A stretch of 38,691 bases of DNA, from assembly GCA_945948625.1 (NCBI GenBank), contig CAMFBT010000002.1, positions 1 through 38,691 on the forward strand, read 5' to 3'. Positions 1 to 10,020 of the stretch are shown piece by piece. The stretch is from an uncultured Mycoplasmatota bacterium (GTDB taxonomy: Bacteria > Bacillota_I > Bacilli_A > RF39 > UBA660). A program made the position numbers and the translations under genes. Under the pieces are notes generated by a model that was not told where the DNA came from, ran no database searches, and saw only the letters and a program-made list of their open reading frames with translations. The stretch's first letter is position 1. Each line of letters starts with the position of its first letter.

Positions 1-598
1 TACTATCAGGAAAATCATCTATACCAGAAAAATTCTTTTTTTCCATATCAATATTGCTAAATGATTTAATTAATATTAACTTATCATTTTTAGTTATAAT
101 CTTACCACTATATGTACTATCATTAAGTAATAAATTAAGTATACTATCAGGAAGCTTATTTAAATAATTAATAGAATTCTCTTTATCATTAGAAATATTC
201 TCTAAAGTACTATTAAATAACTTTTTATCTTCTTCACTTATATTAGAACTATTAATTTTATAAATAATATCATTATCTATTTTAATATCAAGAATATCAC
301 TAATAGAAGAAATATTACCAGTCAAATCTTCCTCAAGAGATTTCATATTATCAGTATTAATAGTAATACCTTTAGAAATTTCATCAGTCAAATCAGACAA
401 TTTATTAGGAGAAATTAAAGATAATATTGAAGATAAAGCCGCTAATATAATTGCAATAAATATAAGTACTCTAAAATCTTTCAAACTATATATCAATTTT
501 TTAATAGAACCAATAAAATCCTTAGGTTTTTCTACACCTTTCATAGGACCATGATTCTTCGGAGAACTAGATACATTTTTCTGATTATTACTAGACAT
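1..598 (-). CDS. ABC exporter permease/ATPase subunit, N-terminal fragment (gene runs off the left edge)
   Basis: Absent from the ORF track because the window truncates it. My reverse-strand translation from ATG 598-596 stays open to base 1: MSSNNQKNVSSSPKNHGPMKGVEKPKDFIGSIKKLIYSLKDFRVLIFIAIILAALSSILSLISPNKLSDLTDEISKG... The ATG overlaps the TAG of the upstream ABC gene (ATGTCTAG), the usual layout of two-gene heterodimeric exporters. After TM1 comes a long Asn/Ser/Asp/Ile-rich segment instead of a short loop. Confidence 0.7.
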   Translation of the reverse strand, partial: MSSNNQKNVSSSPKNHGPMKGVEKPKDFIGSIKKLIYSLKDFRVLIFIAIILAALSSILSLISPNKLSDLTDEISKGITINTDNMKSLEEDLTGNISSISDILDIKIDNDIIYKINSSNISEEDKKLFNSTLENISNDKENSINYLNKLPDSILNLLLNDSTYSGKIITKNDKLILIKSFSNIDMEKKNFSGIDDFPDS

Positions 599-2354
599 TT
601 TCTAACTCCTCCTTTGATAATTGTGATAACGCAATTTCTTTATAAACCTTACATTTCTTCATTAATTCTTTATGAGTACCCATACCAACACACTTACCAT
701 TATCTAAAACTATTATCTTATCAGCATTAAGTATTGTTCCTATTCTTTGAGCAACTATTAAAATTGTAGAATCACCTGTATATTCTTTTAACTCTTTTCT
801 TAATGTACTATCAGTTTTATAATCCAAAGCACTAAATGAATCATCAAATATATATATTTCTGGATCCCTAGCAATAGTTCTAGCTATTGATAATCTTTGC
901 TTTTGACCACCACTTACATTAGTACCACCTTGAGCCATATGTGATTTTTCTTTATTTTCTAATTTTGATATAAATTCATATGACTGTGATACCTTAATAG
1001 CATCTTTTACTCTTTCTTTAGATGGCTTACCATGTTTATTTTTACCCAAAGTTATATTTGATAATATAGTACCAGAAAACATAACAGCCTTCTGTGGTAC
1101 ATAACCTATTATATTATTTAAATATTCAAAACTATAATCCTTAACATTAATACCATTTATTAAAATTTCACCATCAGTAGCATCATAAAATCTAGGTATT
1201 AAATTAATTAAAGTAGATTTACCACTACCAGTAGAACCAATAAATGCAATAGTCTCTCCTTCTTTAGCAGAAAAAGAAATATCTTTAAGCAAATATTCAT
1301 CAGCATCCGGATACTTAAATGAAACATTTTTAAATTCAATAGTCCCTTTCAATCCATTATTATTTTTAGTAACAAATCCAGATTTTACAGTTACTCTAGT
1401 ATCCAATACCTCATTAATTCTTTTAGCGGACACACTAGCCCTAGGTAACATCATAAATATCATAGCAAGCATCAAAAATGACATAATAACTTGCATAGCA
1501 TAAGATGAAAAAACAATCATATTACCAAATAAAACAATCTTATCACCCATATTTGCTTCATTAATTAAAATAGCACCTATAAAATATATTCCAAGTGTTA
1601 AAAAATACATAACAATATTCATAACAGGATTCAAAAAATTAAATACAGTCTGATTAAAAGTTTGTTGATTAGTTAATTTAGTATTAACTTTTTCAAACTT
1701 ATCTTCTTGATATTGTTCAGCATTAAATGCTCTAACTACTCTTATACCTGATAGATTTTCTCTAATAACCATGTTTACTTTATCAATTAACTCTTGTACA
1801 ATTTTAAACTTAGGCATAACAATAAACATAATTGTAAAAATAGTAATTAACAAAATAAGAACAGCTGCTCCCGTTAATATACTCCACTCTACACTTTTAT
1901 CTAATATTTTAGTAATAGCCCATACTGCAGTAACAGGAGCCTTAATAATTAGAGTAAGACCCATAGCTATAAGAAATTCAATTTGAGTTATGTCATTAGT
2001 AGTCCTAGTAATTAAACTACTAGGAGAAAATTTCTTTACTTCTTCAGTACTTATTTCCTCTACTTTTTTAAATATTTTTCTTCTTGTACGATAAGAAAAA
2101 GAAGATGCAATAGTAGAAGTAAAGTATCCTACTATAAAAGCAGATATTAAACTACCAAAAGCACAAAGAAGCATATAAGAACCCTCTCTTAATATATCCT
2201 TAATAGCAGCTCCTTTAGTCTGAACAAGCTGTGTAACATTTGACATATAGTCAGGTATCCTAAGTTCTAACCAAACCTGAAACACTATTAAAATAGCACT
2301 TATTAAAACATAAAACCAATCTCTCTTATTCAAATTTTTTAATAATTTTAGCAT
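591..2354 (-). CDS. ABC exporter permease/ATP-binding subunit (degenerate-site half of a heterodimeric pair)
   Basis: The track start (2366) is a GTG inside the SD (gtggaggtttatATG), so I place the start at ATG 2354. A transmembrane exporter domain is followed by an NBD with Walker A GSTGSGKST and signature VSGGQKQRLSIAR. Walker B is IYIFDD, with Asp replacing the catalytic Glu, as in the non-canonical half of LmrCD/BmrCD/TM287-288-type exporters. Confidence 0.9.
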   Translation of the reverse strand: MLKLLKNLNKRDWFYVLISAILIVFQVWLELRIPDYMSNVTQLVQTKGAAIKDILREGSYMLLCAFGSLISAFIVGYFTSTIASSFSYRTRRKIFKKVEEISTEEVKKFSPSSLITRTTNDITQIEFLIAMGLTLIIKAPVTAVWAITKILDKSVEWSILTGAAVLILLITIFTIMFIVMPKFKIVQELIDKVNMVIRENLSGIRVVRAFNAEQYQEDKFEKVNTKLTNQQTFNQTVFNFLNPVMNIVMYFLTLGIYFIGAILINEANMGDKIVLFGNMIVFSSYAMQVIMSFLMLAMIFMMLPRASVSAKRINEVLDTRVTVKSGFVTKNNNGLKGTIEFKNVSFKYPDADEYLLKDISFSAKEGETIAFIGSTGSGKSTLINLIPRFYDATDGEILINGINVKDYSFEYLNNIIGYVPQKAVMFSGTILSNITLGKNKHGKPSKERVKDAIKVSQSYEFISKLENKEKSHMAQGGTNVSGGQKQRLSIARTIARDPEIYIFDDSFSALDYKTDSTLRKELKEYTGDSTILIVAQRIGTILNADKIIVLDNGKCVGMGTHKELMKKCKVYKEIALSQLSKEELENV

Positions 2355-2406
2355 ATAAACCTCCACAAAACTATTTTATGCACTTCTTTTATTTATTACG
2401 TCTTAA

Positions 2407-2435
2407 ATTATAACATTTCAAAATATTAATGTCAA
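2407..2435 (-). promoter_or_regulatory. sigma-A-type promoter of the ABC exporter operon
   Basis: The minus strand reads TTGACA, a 17-nt spacer, then TGtTATAAT (extended -10). It lies about 50 nt upstream of the SD/ATG at 2354. Confidence 0.6.
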
Positions 2436-2476
2436 TTATATAACATAATTTCCCATAAGTACTAAAAGAAGAATAG

Positions 2477-3742
2477 TTATACTACTCTTCCATAAACATT
2501 TAACCCATCAACTTTTTCTATTTTAACATTTACAATACTATTATTTTCCACTTTATCATAAATAATTACCGGTATAAAATTAGAAGTATGTACTAATATA
2601 GTACCATTACTATGTATTTCAACTACACCATCATATATTTTACCTATCTTACTAACATAAAAATCATGTTCATAATTATTAGATAAATCTAATATAGTAT
2701 GTACCCTTTTCTTCTTAACTTGAGAATCAACTTGTCCTTGCATTGAAGCAGCTACTGTACCCTTTCTTTTAGAATAAGGAAAAGTATGTATCTTTGTAAA
2801 TCCTATTTCTTTTAATGTTGAAATAGTCTCCTCAAATTCCATATTCTCTTCATTAGGAAAACCAATAATCAAATCAGTAGTAAGAGATATATCATCTATT
2901 TCCTTTAATTCATCTACCATAGATAAAAATTCACTTTTCGTATATCTTCTATTCATAAGTTTAAGTATTTTATCACTACCAGATTGAATAGGTATATGTA
3001 AATGTTTAGCCATTACTTTATTATCTTTTAATAGTTTTTTTATTCCAGGAGTTATTTCATTTATCTCAATTGAAGATAACCTTATTCTATAAATATTAGG
3101 TATTTCTACTAATCTATATAATAATTTCTCAAGACTAGTATTAATATCAACTCCATATCTACCAGTATGAATACCAGTAAGTACTATTTCCTTATATCCC
3201 TTTTCTACTAAAGATGTAACTTCATTTACAACATCATCAAATGCCTTACTTCTTACTCTTCCCCTTACATAAGGTATAATACAATATGAACAAAAAGCAT
3301 TACATCCATCTTCTATTTTAACAAAAGCTCTAGTATGATTTTCAAACTTACTAATTTCCATTTTTTCAAAAGTAACATTAGTTAAATCATAAATAATCTT
3401 TTTCTTTTTTCTTTCTTTAATATAATTTTCAATAATTTCTACTATCTTAGACTTATCCTTATTACCAATAACAATATCAGCTTCTATTTCATCAGCATTA
3501 ACCTGGCTGTAGCAGCCCATTACCACTATAATTGCATTGTTATTATTATTCCTTGCTCTATTTATCATCTTTCTAGACTTTTTATCACTCTCATTAGTAA
3601 CAGAACAAGTATTAATTATATAAATATCAGCTTTATCTTCAAAATCAACTATTTCATAATTATTATCTTTAAGTAAATTAGTAACAAATTCAGATTCATA
3701 AATATTAACTTTACACCCTAAAGAACATATTCCTACTTTCAT
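2477..3742 (-). CDS. mtaB: tRNA N6-threonylcarbamoyladenosine methylthiotransferase (MiaB-family radical SAM, MtaB/YqeV type)
   Basis: The N-terminus LGCKVNIYESE matches the UPF0004 domain. The radical-SAM cluster motif CNAFCSYCIIP is present. LTGIHTGRYG, HLHIPIQSGS and FPYSKRKGTVAA..QVD follow as in B. subtilis YqeV, with a C-terminal TRAM-like end. SD agaggga precedes the ATG. Confidence 0.88.
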   Translation of the reverse strand: MKVGICSLGCKVNIYESEFVTNLLKDNNYEIVDFEDKADIYIINTCSVTNESDKKSRKMINRARNNNNNAIIVVMGCYSQVNADEIEADIVIGNKDKSKIVEIIENYIKERKKKKIIYDLTNVTFEKMEISKFENHTRAFVKIEDGCNAFCSYCIIPYVRGRVRSKAFDDVVNEVTSLVEKGYKEIVLTGIHTGRYGVDINTSLEKLLYRLVEIPNIYRIRLSSIEINEITPGIKKLLKDNKVMAKHLHIPIQSGSDKILKLMNRRYTKSEFLSMVDELKEIDDISLTTDLIIGFPNEENMEFEETISTLKEIGFTKIHTFPYSKRKGTVAASMQGQVDSQVKKKRVHTILDLSNNYEHDFYVSKIGKIYDGVVEIHSNGTILVHTSNFIPVIIYDKVENNSIVNVKIEKVDGLNVYGRVV

Positions 3743-3844
3743 ACTACTTCCCTCTTTCTTCTCTAGTATTTTACCATAAACAAAAGAATAAAGAAAGATA
3801 TTTTTTTAATATAAAAAGTAAAAGTAACAGTTACCTGCTACTCT

Positions 3845-5653
3845 TTATCTTTTAACAAAATACTCATCATACCACTTTAAAAAACTATACACAGCCCATA
3901 TCTTTCTATAATTATCTTTTTTTCTATCTTTATGTTCATCTAATATCTTTAATAAATATTCATTATTAAATAATTCTTTAGATATATCAGTATTAAAAGT
4001 ATTCTTAATTTCTTTATAGAAGTCATCTTCCCTTATCCATTCTCTAATAGGAACAGGAAAACCTAACTTTTTCTTTTTATAAGCATCATTTGGAATTACC
4101 CTTTTAGCAGCATTTCTTAAAGCAACTTTAGTAACACCATCAGATACCTTATATTTTCTAGGTAATAATGAAGACACTTTAAAAACATCTATATCAGTAA
4201 ATGGTACTCTAGATTCAATAGAATGTGCCATAGTCATCTTATCAACAATATTTAAAATATTATTACTAAGCCAATATCTAATATCAATAGCAAGCATTTT
4301 ATTTAATTTATCATATTCACTATATTCATTATAAACATCCTTAACAATATCTTTATTATTAATATAATCATTACTATTTAATACATCAGAAAGTTCATCA
4401 TCATAATATGTTCTATTAATACTAACATAAGATTCTTCAAGTGACTTTCCCCTTCTTATAATATATCTAGTAATCTTATTCTTAGGAAGAATATTACATA
4501 TACTAGCCATAGCCTTTCTTATAAATAAAGGAAGTTTAGTATAAAAATTATCATCATAACTATTGTACCCACCAAAGAACTCATCAGCACCTTCACCAGA
4601 TAAAACAACCTTTACATCCTTACTAGCAAGTCTTGACAAAAAATATACCGCAATAGCACAACCGTCAGCAGTAGGCTCATCCATATGATAATAAACATCA
4701 GGTATTGCTTTCATATACTCTTCTTTAGATATCTTTTCACTAATATTCTTTATATTTAATTTATCTGTTAAATCTTTGGCATAATCTATCTCGCTATATT
4801 TAGCCAAATCAAAACCTATTGTATAAGTTTTATCTGGCTTTGCCAAACTTACCAAATAAGAAGAATCAACACCACTAGAAAGAAAAGAACCAACTTCTAC
4901 ATCACTTATTAAATGATGTTTAACAGACTCATCCATTACCCTTGATATTTCATCAACCATAGTATCAAAACTTTCATTAGTAGTACCAAATTCTACTTTA
5001 TAATATCTCTCTATATTAATTTTCTTATTTTTAACATCAATAGTCATAGAATGTCCACCAGGTAAACGATAAACATTCTTAAAGAAAGTTTCATCAGTAG
5101 GAGTAAAACTAAAAGTTAAATATGGACCTAATAGTTTTTTATTCAATTCTTTAACAAACTTAGGATGAACTAAAAAACTCTTAATTTCAGAACCAAATAA
5201 TATAACATCATCATTTTGATAATAATATAAAGGTTTTATTCCAAAATGATCTCTTGATATAAATATTTCATTTTTATTTTTATCATAAATAGCATAGGCA
5301 AACATACCCCTTAATTTCTTAGGAAGATCATGTCCCCACTTTTCATATCCATGTAAAATTACTTCAGTATCAGATTCAGTTTGAAACTCATACTCTGATA
5401 ATTCTTTTTTTAATTCTTTATAATTATATACTTCTCCATTATATATAATAAGTATACTTTTATCCTTATTATATATAGGTTGATTACCACCAGCTAAATC
5501 AATTATAGATAATCTTCTTTGTCCTAAAGCAACATCTTTATCCACATATATACCTTCAGCATCTGGACCACGATGAATAATTTTATCATTCATATCTCTA
5601 ATTAATTTTTCTTTATTTTTATCTTTACTTACTATTCCATTTATTCCGCACAT
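3845..5653 (-). CDS. asnB: asparagine synthase (glutamine-hydrolysing)
   Basis: The MCGI N-terminus supplies the Ntn amidotransferase Cys2. The PP-loop-like motif SSGVDSS is present. The 602-aa length and overall pattern match AsnB/AsnO. SD aggtga precedes the ATG. Confidence 0.92.
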   Translation of the reverse strand: MCGINGIVSKDKNKEKLIRDMNDKIIHRGPDAEGIYVDKDVALGQRRLSIIDLAGGNQPIYNKDKSILIIYNGEVYNYKELKKELSEYEFQTESDTEVILHGYEKWGHDLPKKLRGMFAYAIYDKNKNEIFISRDHFGIKPLYYYQNDDVILFGSEIKSFLVHPKFVKELNKKLLGPYLTFSFTPTDETFFKNVYRLPGGHSMTIDVKNKKINIERYYKVEFGTTNESFDTMVDEISRVMDESVKHHLISDVEVGSFLSSGVDSSYLVSLAKPDKTYTIGFDLAKYSEIDYAKDLTDKLNIKNISEKISKEEYMKAIPDVYYHMDEPTADGCAIAVYFLSRLASKDVKVVLSGEGADEFFGGYNSYDDNFYTKLPLFIRKAMASICNILPKNKITRYIIRRGKSLEESYVSINRTYYDDELSDVLNSNDYINNKDIVKDVYNEYSEYDKLNKMLAIDIRYWLSNNILNIVDKMTMAHSIESRVPFTDIDVFKVSSLLPRKYKVSDGVTKVALRNAAKRVIPNDAYKKKKLGFPVPIREWIREDDFYKEIKNTFNTDISKELFNNEYLLKILDEHKDRKKDNYRKIWAVYSFLKWYDEYFVKR

Positions 5654-5741
5654 ATATTTACATCACCTATATTTAGTATAGCACAAAAAAAGAAAAGTAA
5701 AAATGTTTTTACTCTTCCTTTACACATTTAACTAGCAATAT

Positions 5742-6377
5742 TTACTTACTTCTATAATACTTACATATATCTTTTAACTCACAACAATCACATTCTGGAT
5801 TTCTACTTTTACACTTATATCTACCAAATAAAACTAGTTGATGATGAATCTTATTTAACCTATCTTTTGGAAATATCTTTATAAGTTTCTTTTCCACCTC
5901 AAGAACATCATCTTTTTCTTTAGCAAGACCTAATCTTTTACTTACTCTATTTACATGAGTATCAACCGCTAATAAAGGTTCATTATAAATAACCGACAGA
6001 AAAACATTAACTGTTTTTCTTCCAACCCCAGGTAAACTACTTAAATATTCCCTATCATTAGGTATAATATTTATATTGTCATTAAGTAATTTAGTAGCTA
6101 TTTCCTTTATAAAAATACTCTTCTTTTTATAAGTACCAATAGGCTTAATAATTCTTTCAATATCATTAACATCAGCATTACTAATTTTATCTAAAGAATC
6201 ATATTTTTTAAATAACTCCTTATTTACCATATTAACTCTTTTATCAGTAGTTTGAGCACTCATAACAATAGCTAAAAGAAGCTCATAATCTTTACTATAA
6301 TTAAGTTCACACTTAGGATAAGGATATAAATAATCCAAATAATCTATAATCTTATTAATCATCATTAAGCCAATCAT
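5742..6377 (-). CDS. nth: endonuclease III (DNA glycosylase/AP lyase)
   Basis: The helix-hairpin-helix motif LPGVGRKTVNV is present. A C-terminal 4Fe-4S cluster loop reads CKSRNPECDCCELKDIC. It sits directly after dnaD, as in Bacillus. The start is uncertain (Met1, Met5 or Met6), and the gene overlaps the dnaD 3' end. Confidence 0.9.
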   Translation of the reverse strand: MIGLMMINKIIDYLDYLYPYPKCELNYSKDYELLLAIVMSAQTTDKRVNMVNKELFKKYDSLDKISNADVNDIERIIKPIGTYKKKSIFIKEIATKLLNDNINIIPNDREYLSSLPGVGRKTVNVFLSVIYNEPLLAVDTHVNRVSKRLGLAKEKDDVLEVEKKLIKIFPKDRLNKIHHQLVLFGRYKCKSRNPECDCCELKDICKYYRSK

Positions 6378-7005
6378 AGTAAAAAACTTCTTTTTCTTCT
6401 TTCTTACTTTCTCTCATTCTATCTTTTGAAGCAATTATATCTTGTTTCGTTTTATATCCTTTTTTCCTCCATGTATATAATACAGTTTCAATATATCTCA
6501 AACTAGTAGCACCATTATAAATAGCCTCTTTCAAAGCTTCCAAAATAAGTTCATGAGAAAAATTATCATCTACCCATCCCTTTATAACTTGACATTCCAT
6601 TGGAGATATAGTTCTACCAAATTCACTTTCAAATACTGAAAATAAATCACTATTATCAAGATTTTTATTTTCATTCTTCTTATCCACAATCAAACCCATT
6701 ATTTTACTATATAACAAATCTAAAGAAATAAATTCAGCACTCTTACCATCACTATTTTTTTCCACAGTAATAGATATAATCTTTTTTTCATTTAAACTAT
6801 TAAGTAACTCCATTACCTTATATTTATCCATACCCAAACTATTAGATATAGATTCTGGATCATATACCACTTTATCACCTTCATCAATAACAAATATTAG
6901 TATAATAAGTTCTTCAGCAGTAATACCAAGTCTTAAATAATAATTAAATAAAAATCTAGGTAATACAATTGGTTTCATTCTAAGTACATTTTCTAGTCCT
7001 TCCAT
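6355..7005 (-). CDS. dnaD: replication initiation/primosome protein DnaD
   Basis: The C-terminal DnaD/DnaB_2 motif reads FESEFGRTISPMECQVIKGWVDD...LRYIETVLYTWRKKGYKT, after an N-terminal winged-helix-like region. The track start is TTG; I use the ATG at 7005 preceded by gggaggt. It overlaps the TGA of the upstream gene (TGATG). The dnaD-nth order is conserved. Confidence 0.88.
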   Translation of the reverse strand: MEGLENVLRMKPIVLPRFLFNYYLRLGITAEELIILIFVIDEGDKVVYDPESISNSLGMDKYKVMELLNSLNEKKIISITVEKNSDGKSAEFISLDLLYSKIMGLIVDKKNENKNLDNSDLFSVFESEFGRTISPMECQVIKGWVDDNFSHELILEALKEAIYNGATSLRYIETVLYTWRKKGYKTKQDIIASKDRMRESKKEEKEVFYYDWLNDD

Positions 7006-7406
7006 CAAATACCTCCCACAGTAATATCAAAGACAAATTCTCCATTATTAATATTATAATACTTATAAATTAATTTATCTTTATCATTTATTTTTTCTTC
7101 ATAATAAATATTTCCTCTTCTATATACAATATCCAAATCACTATCATATATATCTGAAATATTAACACTATTTATTTTATCATAATTCAAATCCATTACA
7201 ACAATTTCTTTATCATTCTTAACTATATAATAATTATTACTTTTATTAACATAATTAATATTTTTAATATTACTATTATTATAAACATCATCAAATAATT
7301 TTTTATTATAATCCTCATTTCTCATTACCGGATAAATTATACTAATGAATACTAAGATCAAAATAAATAATATTATACCAACTAAATATAATATTTTCCT
7401 TTTCAT
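7005..7406 (-). CDS. hypothetical N-terminally membrane-anchored protein
   Basis: The track start is a GTG inside the SD (gtgaggtgtttaagATG), so I use ATG 7406. MKRKILYLVGIILFILILVFISIIY forms a single TM helix, followed by an Asn/Tyr/Asp-rich ectodomain. I recognise no motif. It is coupled to dnaD. Confidence 0.6.
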   Translation of the reverse strand: MKRKILYLVGIILFILILVFISIIYPVMRNEDYNKKLFDDVYNNSNIKNINYVNKSNNYYIVKNDKEIVVMDLNYDKINSVNISDIYDSDLDIVYRRGNIYYEEKINDKDKLIYKYYNINNGEFVFDITVGGI

Positions 7407-7442
7407 CTTAAACACCTCACTCTTATAATTTATTTAATTATA

Positions 7443-8036
7443 CTATGTTTTTTCCTTTTTGTGAATAGTTTTTCCCCTTATTTTATATGATGACACTTCA
7501 TAATCATTATCTTTTAAAGTAAGAGTAGTATAACTATATTCATCAATAGTATAAGAATCAATCCATACATTAGATAACATATACATAAATCTATAATTAA
7601 AACTAGAATAAGCATCATAAAACAATACACTAATATTATTATTTAAAGTAATATAAAAATCATCATCTATTTTATATAAATAAATAAAATCACAATCACT
7701 ATAATTATCCCTATCTAATTCTTTTTTATAAATACAAAACTTTTTATCATCAAATAATATTTCAATTTTATCATTGACATTAAAAATAATATTATTAATA
7801 TTTATACTAGAAATACTATTCATATCAATTAAATAATCATAATAAATATCACTGTTTTTATTATCTAATATAATCAAATAAAAAACATCATCTTTATTTA
7901 TAAGTAATTCAGTATCATTACCAATTTTAATAAACCTAATAGAATTATTATCTAAATAATTATAATCTTCTATCTCTTTCCTATATTCACAAGATACTAA
8001 AAATAATAAACTCATCATCAAATAAACATATTTCAT
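7443..8036 (-). CDS. putative lipoprotein, unknown function
   Basis: Internal Met13 yields MKYVYLMMSLLFLVSC, a canonical lipoprotein signal with lipobox L-V-S-C. The longer track start (8072) adds an uncharged leader. Neither start has a clear SD. Confidence 0.55.
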   Translation of the reverse strand: MKYVYLMMSLLFLVSCEYRKEIEDYNYLDNNSIRFIKIGNDTELLINKDDVFYLIILDNKNSDIYYDYLIDMNSISSININNIIFNVNDKIEILFDDKKFCIYKKELDRDNYSDCDFIYLYKIDDDFYITLNNNISVLFYDAYSSFNYRFMYMLSNVWIDSYTIDEYSYTTLTLKDNDYEVSSYKIRGKTIHKKEKT

Positions 8037-8077
8037 ACTAACTAATATGTAATACAAAAAGAAAAAAGACATAAGTC

Positions 8078-9172
8078 TTAATTCATATAATTATTTAATA
8101 TATAATTCTTTATCTCATCATATTCATTATTTATTTTATTATCCAATATTTTTTTCTCAACATCATCAATAATATCTTTAATATAATTATCAGGTTTTCT
8201 ATTTAATATTTTAATAATATCATTACCATTTACAACAATATCACTTCTGTTAATAATAGGAAGCTTACTATACATTTTATTTAATTTTCTCTTAGATAAT
8301 CCTTTAATATCACAATATACAGTACATAAATACAAACCATATTTATATAAAAGATAATTATCTATTTTATCATATTCCAATAATTTCCTTAATTTTTTCA
8401 TTTGTTCCTTTTCAATCTTAGTAAAAGGATAAATATCATCAACCTCTAACTGCGTCCATATACCTATTAAATCAGTACATAAAATAATATTATTTAATTT
8501 ACTTATTTCTAATATATTAGTTAAATTAAGATCAATAATTAGTTTTTTACCCCTTTCCTTATTTTTTGAAGAAAAAATTTTATCTAACTCTTCCTTTTTT
8601 CTTTCAAAAGAAAGATTTTTAAGCAAATAACCATATTTATACAAATAATGATAAGTTTTACTTTCAATATCAAAATCAAGTATTGTAGCAAATCTAATAC
8701 ATCTAAGTATTCTAAGTGAATCTTCTTTAATTCTATATCTAGGATTTCCTACAGTTCTAAGTATTCTATTATCAAGATCACTTCTTACTCCCAATATATC
8801 TAGTACTTCCCCACTTCTATCAATACAAAAAGTATTAATAGTAAAATCCCTTCTAAGTAAATCTTTTTTTATATCTTTAATATATTTAATCTTTACTGGT
8901 TTACGATTATCCTCATATTTTATTTCTTTTCTAAAAGTAGTAACATCAAATTTATATCCTTTATATAAAATTACAACACTACCATACTGCATATCAGAAA
9001 CACAAACATTATCAAATAAATTTAATATATCTTTAGGTGTAGCACTAGTACATATATCAATATCATTACTCTTTTTACCAAGTAATACATCCCTAGTATA
9101 ACCACCAACAATATAAGCCATATAACCATTATCATTAAATATTTTTAATATTTCCTTTGCTTTATCTTCCAT
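8078..9172 (-). CDS. cca: CCA-adding tRNA nucleotidyltransferase / poly(A) polymerase-family protein
   Basis: The head-domain motif GGYTRDVLLGKKSNDIDI is present, followed by RRDFTIN and a probable tRNA-binding C-terminal region. SD gaggt precedes the ATG. Confidence 0.85.
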   Translation of the reverse strand: MEDKAKEILKIFNDNGYMAYIVGGYTRDVLLGKKSNDIDICTSATPKDILNLFDNVCVSDMQYGSVVILYKGYKFDVTTFRKEIKYEDNRKPVKIKYIKDIKKDLLRRDFTINTFCIDRSGEVLDILGVRSDLDNRILRTVGNPRYRIKEDSLRILRCIRFATILDFDIESKTYHYLYKYGYLLKNLSFERKKEELDKIFSSKNKERGKKLIIDLNLTNILEISKLNNIILCTDLIGIWTQLEVDDIYPFTKIEKEQMKKLRKLLEYDKIDNYLLYKYGLYLCTVYCDIKGLSKRKLNKMYSKLPIINRSDIVVNGNDIIKILNRKPDNYIKDIIDDVEKKILDNKINNEYDEIKNYILNNYMN

Positions 9173-9247
9173 AATACCTCTCTATAAATATTATAGCAAA
9201 AGAACAAAAAAATGCAAAGTAACTAACAATTACTTTACACTTTATTA

Positions 9248-10012
9248 TTATTTAACAATAAAATTAATAATACTACTTATATCAACTTTTGAAATATGTA
9301 TAAGTATCGCTGCCATAGCTAAAAAAGGTCCGAATGGAATCAAACTATCTTTTCTACTAAAAAGTAGATATATAGCAACAGGAAAAGCTATAAAAGTAGC
9401 TAAAAATATATCACATATTGATAAAGGAAATCCTATAACAATTCCAAAGAGAAACATCAGTTTAATATCTCCTCCACCCATACTTTCCTTTTTAAACATT
9501 TTATCACCAATCATCTTAATACCATACATAGTAATAAAAGCAAGTATTCCAGACAATATTTTATTTACAGTAAATTCAAGTCCAAAAAACACAAGTTCAA
9601 ATAAAATAATCAATATACAAGCTACCGCTATTACTTCATCTAAAATTATCATATATTCAATATCACTAACAATTATAGTTATAAGTGATGAAATAAATAT
9701 TAAACTAATAACAAGTTCATAACTAAATCCAAAAGAATGATATGCAGTACAATATAAAGCACCAGTAACAATTTCCACAATCAAATAACTAATAGGTATT
9801 CTAGTATTACAACAATTACTTTTACCTTTCTGTATAATATAAGATAATATTGGTATTAATTCATACCACTTTAACTTATGCTGACAATTATGACAATGAC
9901 TACTTGGATATATTATAGATTCATTATTTGATAAACGAACTGCTAACACATTTAAAAAACTCCCCATAATACTACCAAATATGAAAATTATTACATAAAT
10001 ATATATTTCCAT
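9248..10012 (-). CDS. pilD: prepilin peptidase (A24 family, PilD/ComC type)
   Basis: It is a polytopic membrane protein. An N-terminal Cys cluster reads CHNCQHKL...SNCCNTRI. The catalytic-Asp motif GGGDIKLM is present. SD aggtg precedes the ATG. It directly follows pilC. Confidence 0.88.
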   Translation of the reverse strand: MEIYIYVIIFIFGSIMGSFLNVLAVRLSNNESIIYPSSHCHNCQHKLKWYELIPILSYIIQKGKSNCCNTRIPISYLIVEIVTGALYCTAYHSFGFSYELVISLIFISSLITIIVSDIEYMIILDEVIAVACILIILFELVFFGLEFTVNKILSGILAFITMYGIKMIGDKMFKKESMGGGDIKLMFLFGIVIGFPLSICDIFLATFIAFPVAIYLLFSRKDSLIPFGPFLAMAAILIHISKVDISSIINFIVK

Positions 10013-10020
10013 ATAAGCAC

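Noticed and set aside
1771-1986. 71-aa plus-strand ORF inside the ABC exporter gene
   Set aside because: It is an antisense shadow ORF within a confidently assigned gene. AT-rich antisense frames are often open.
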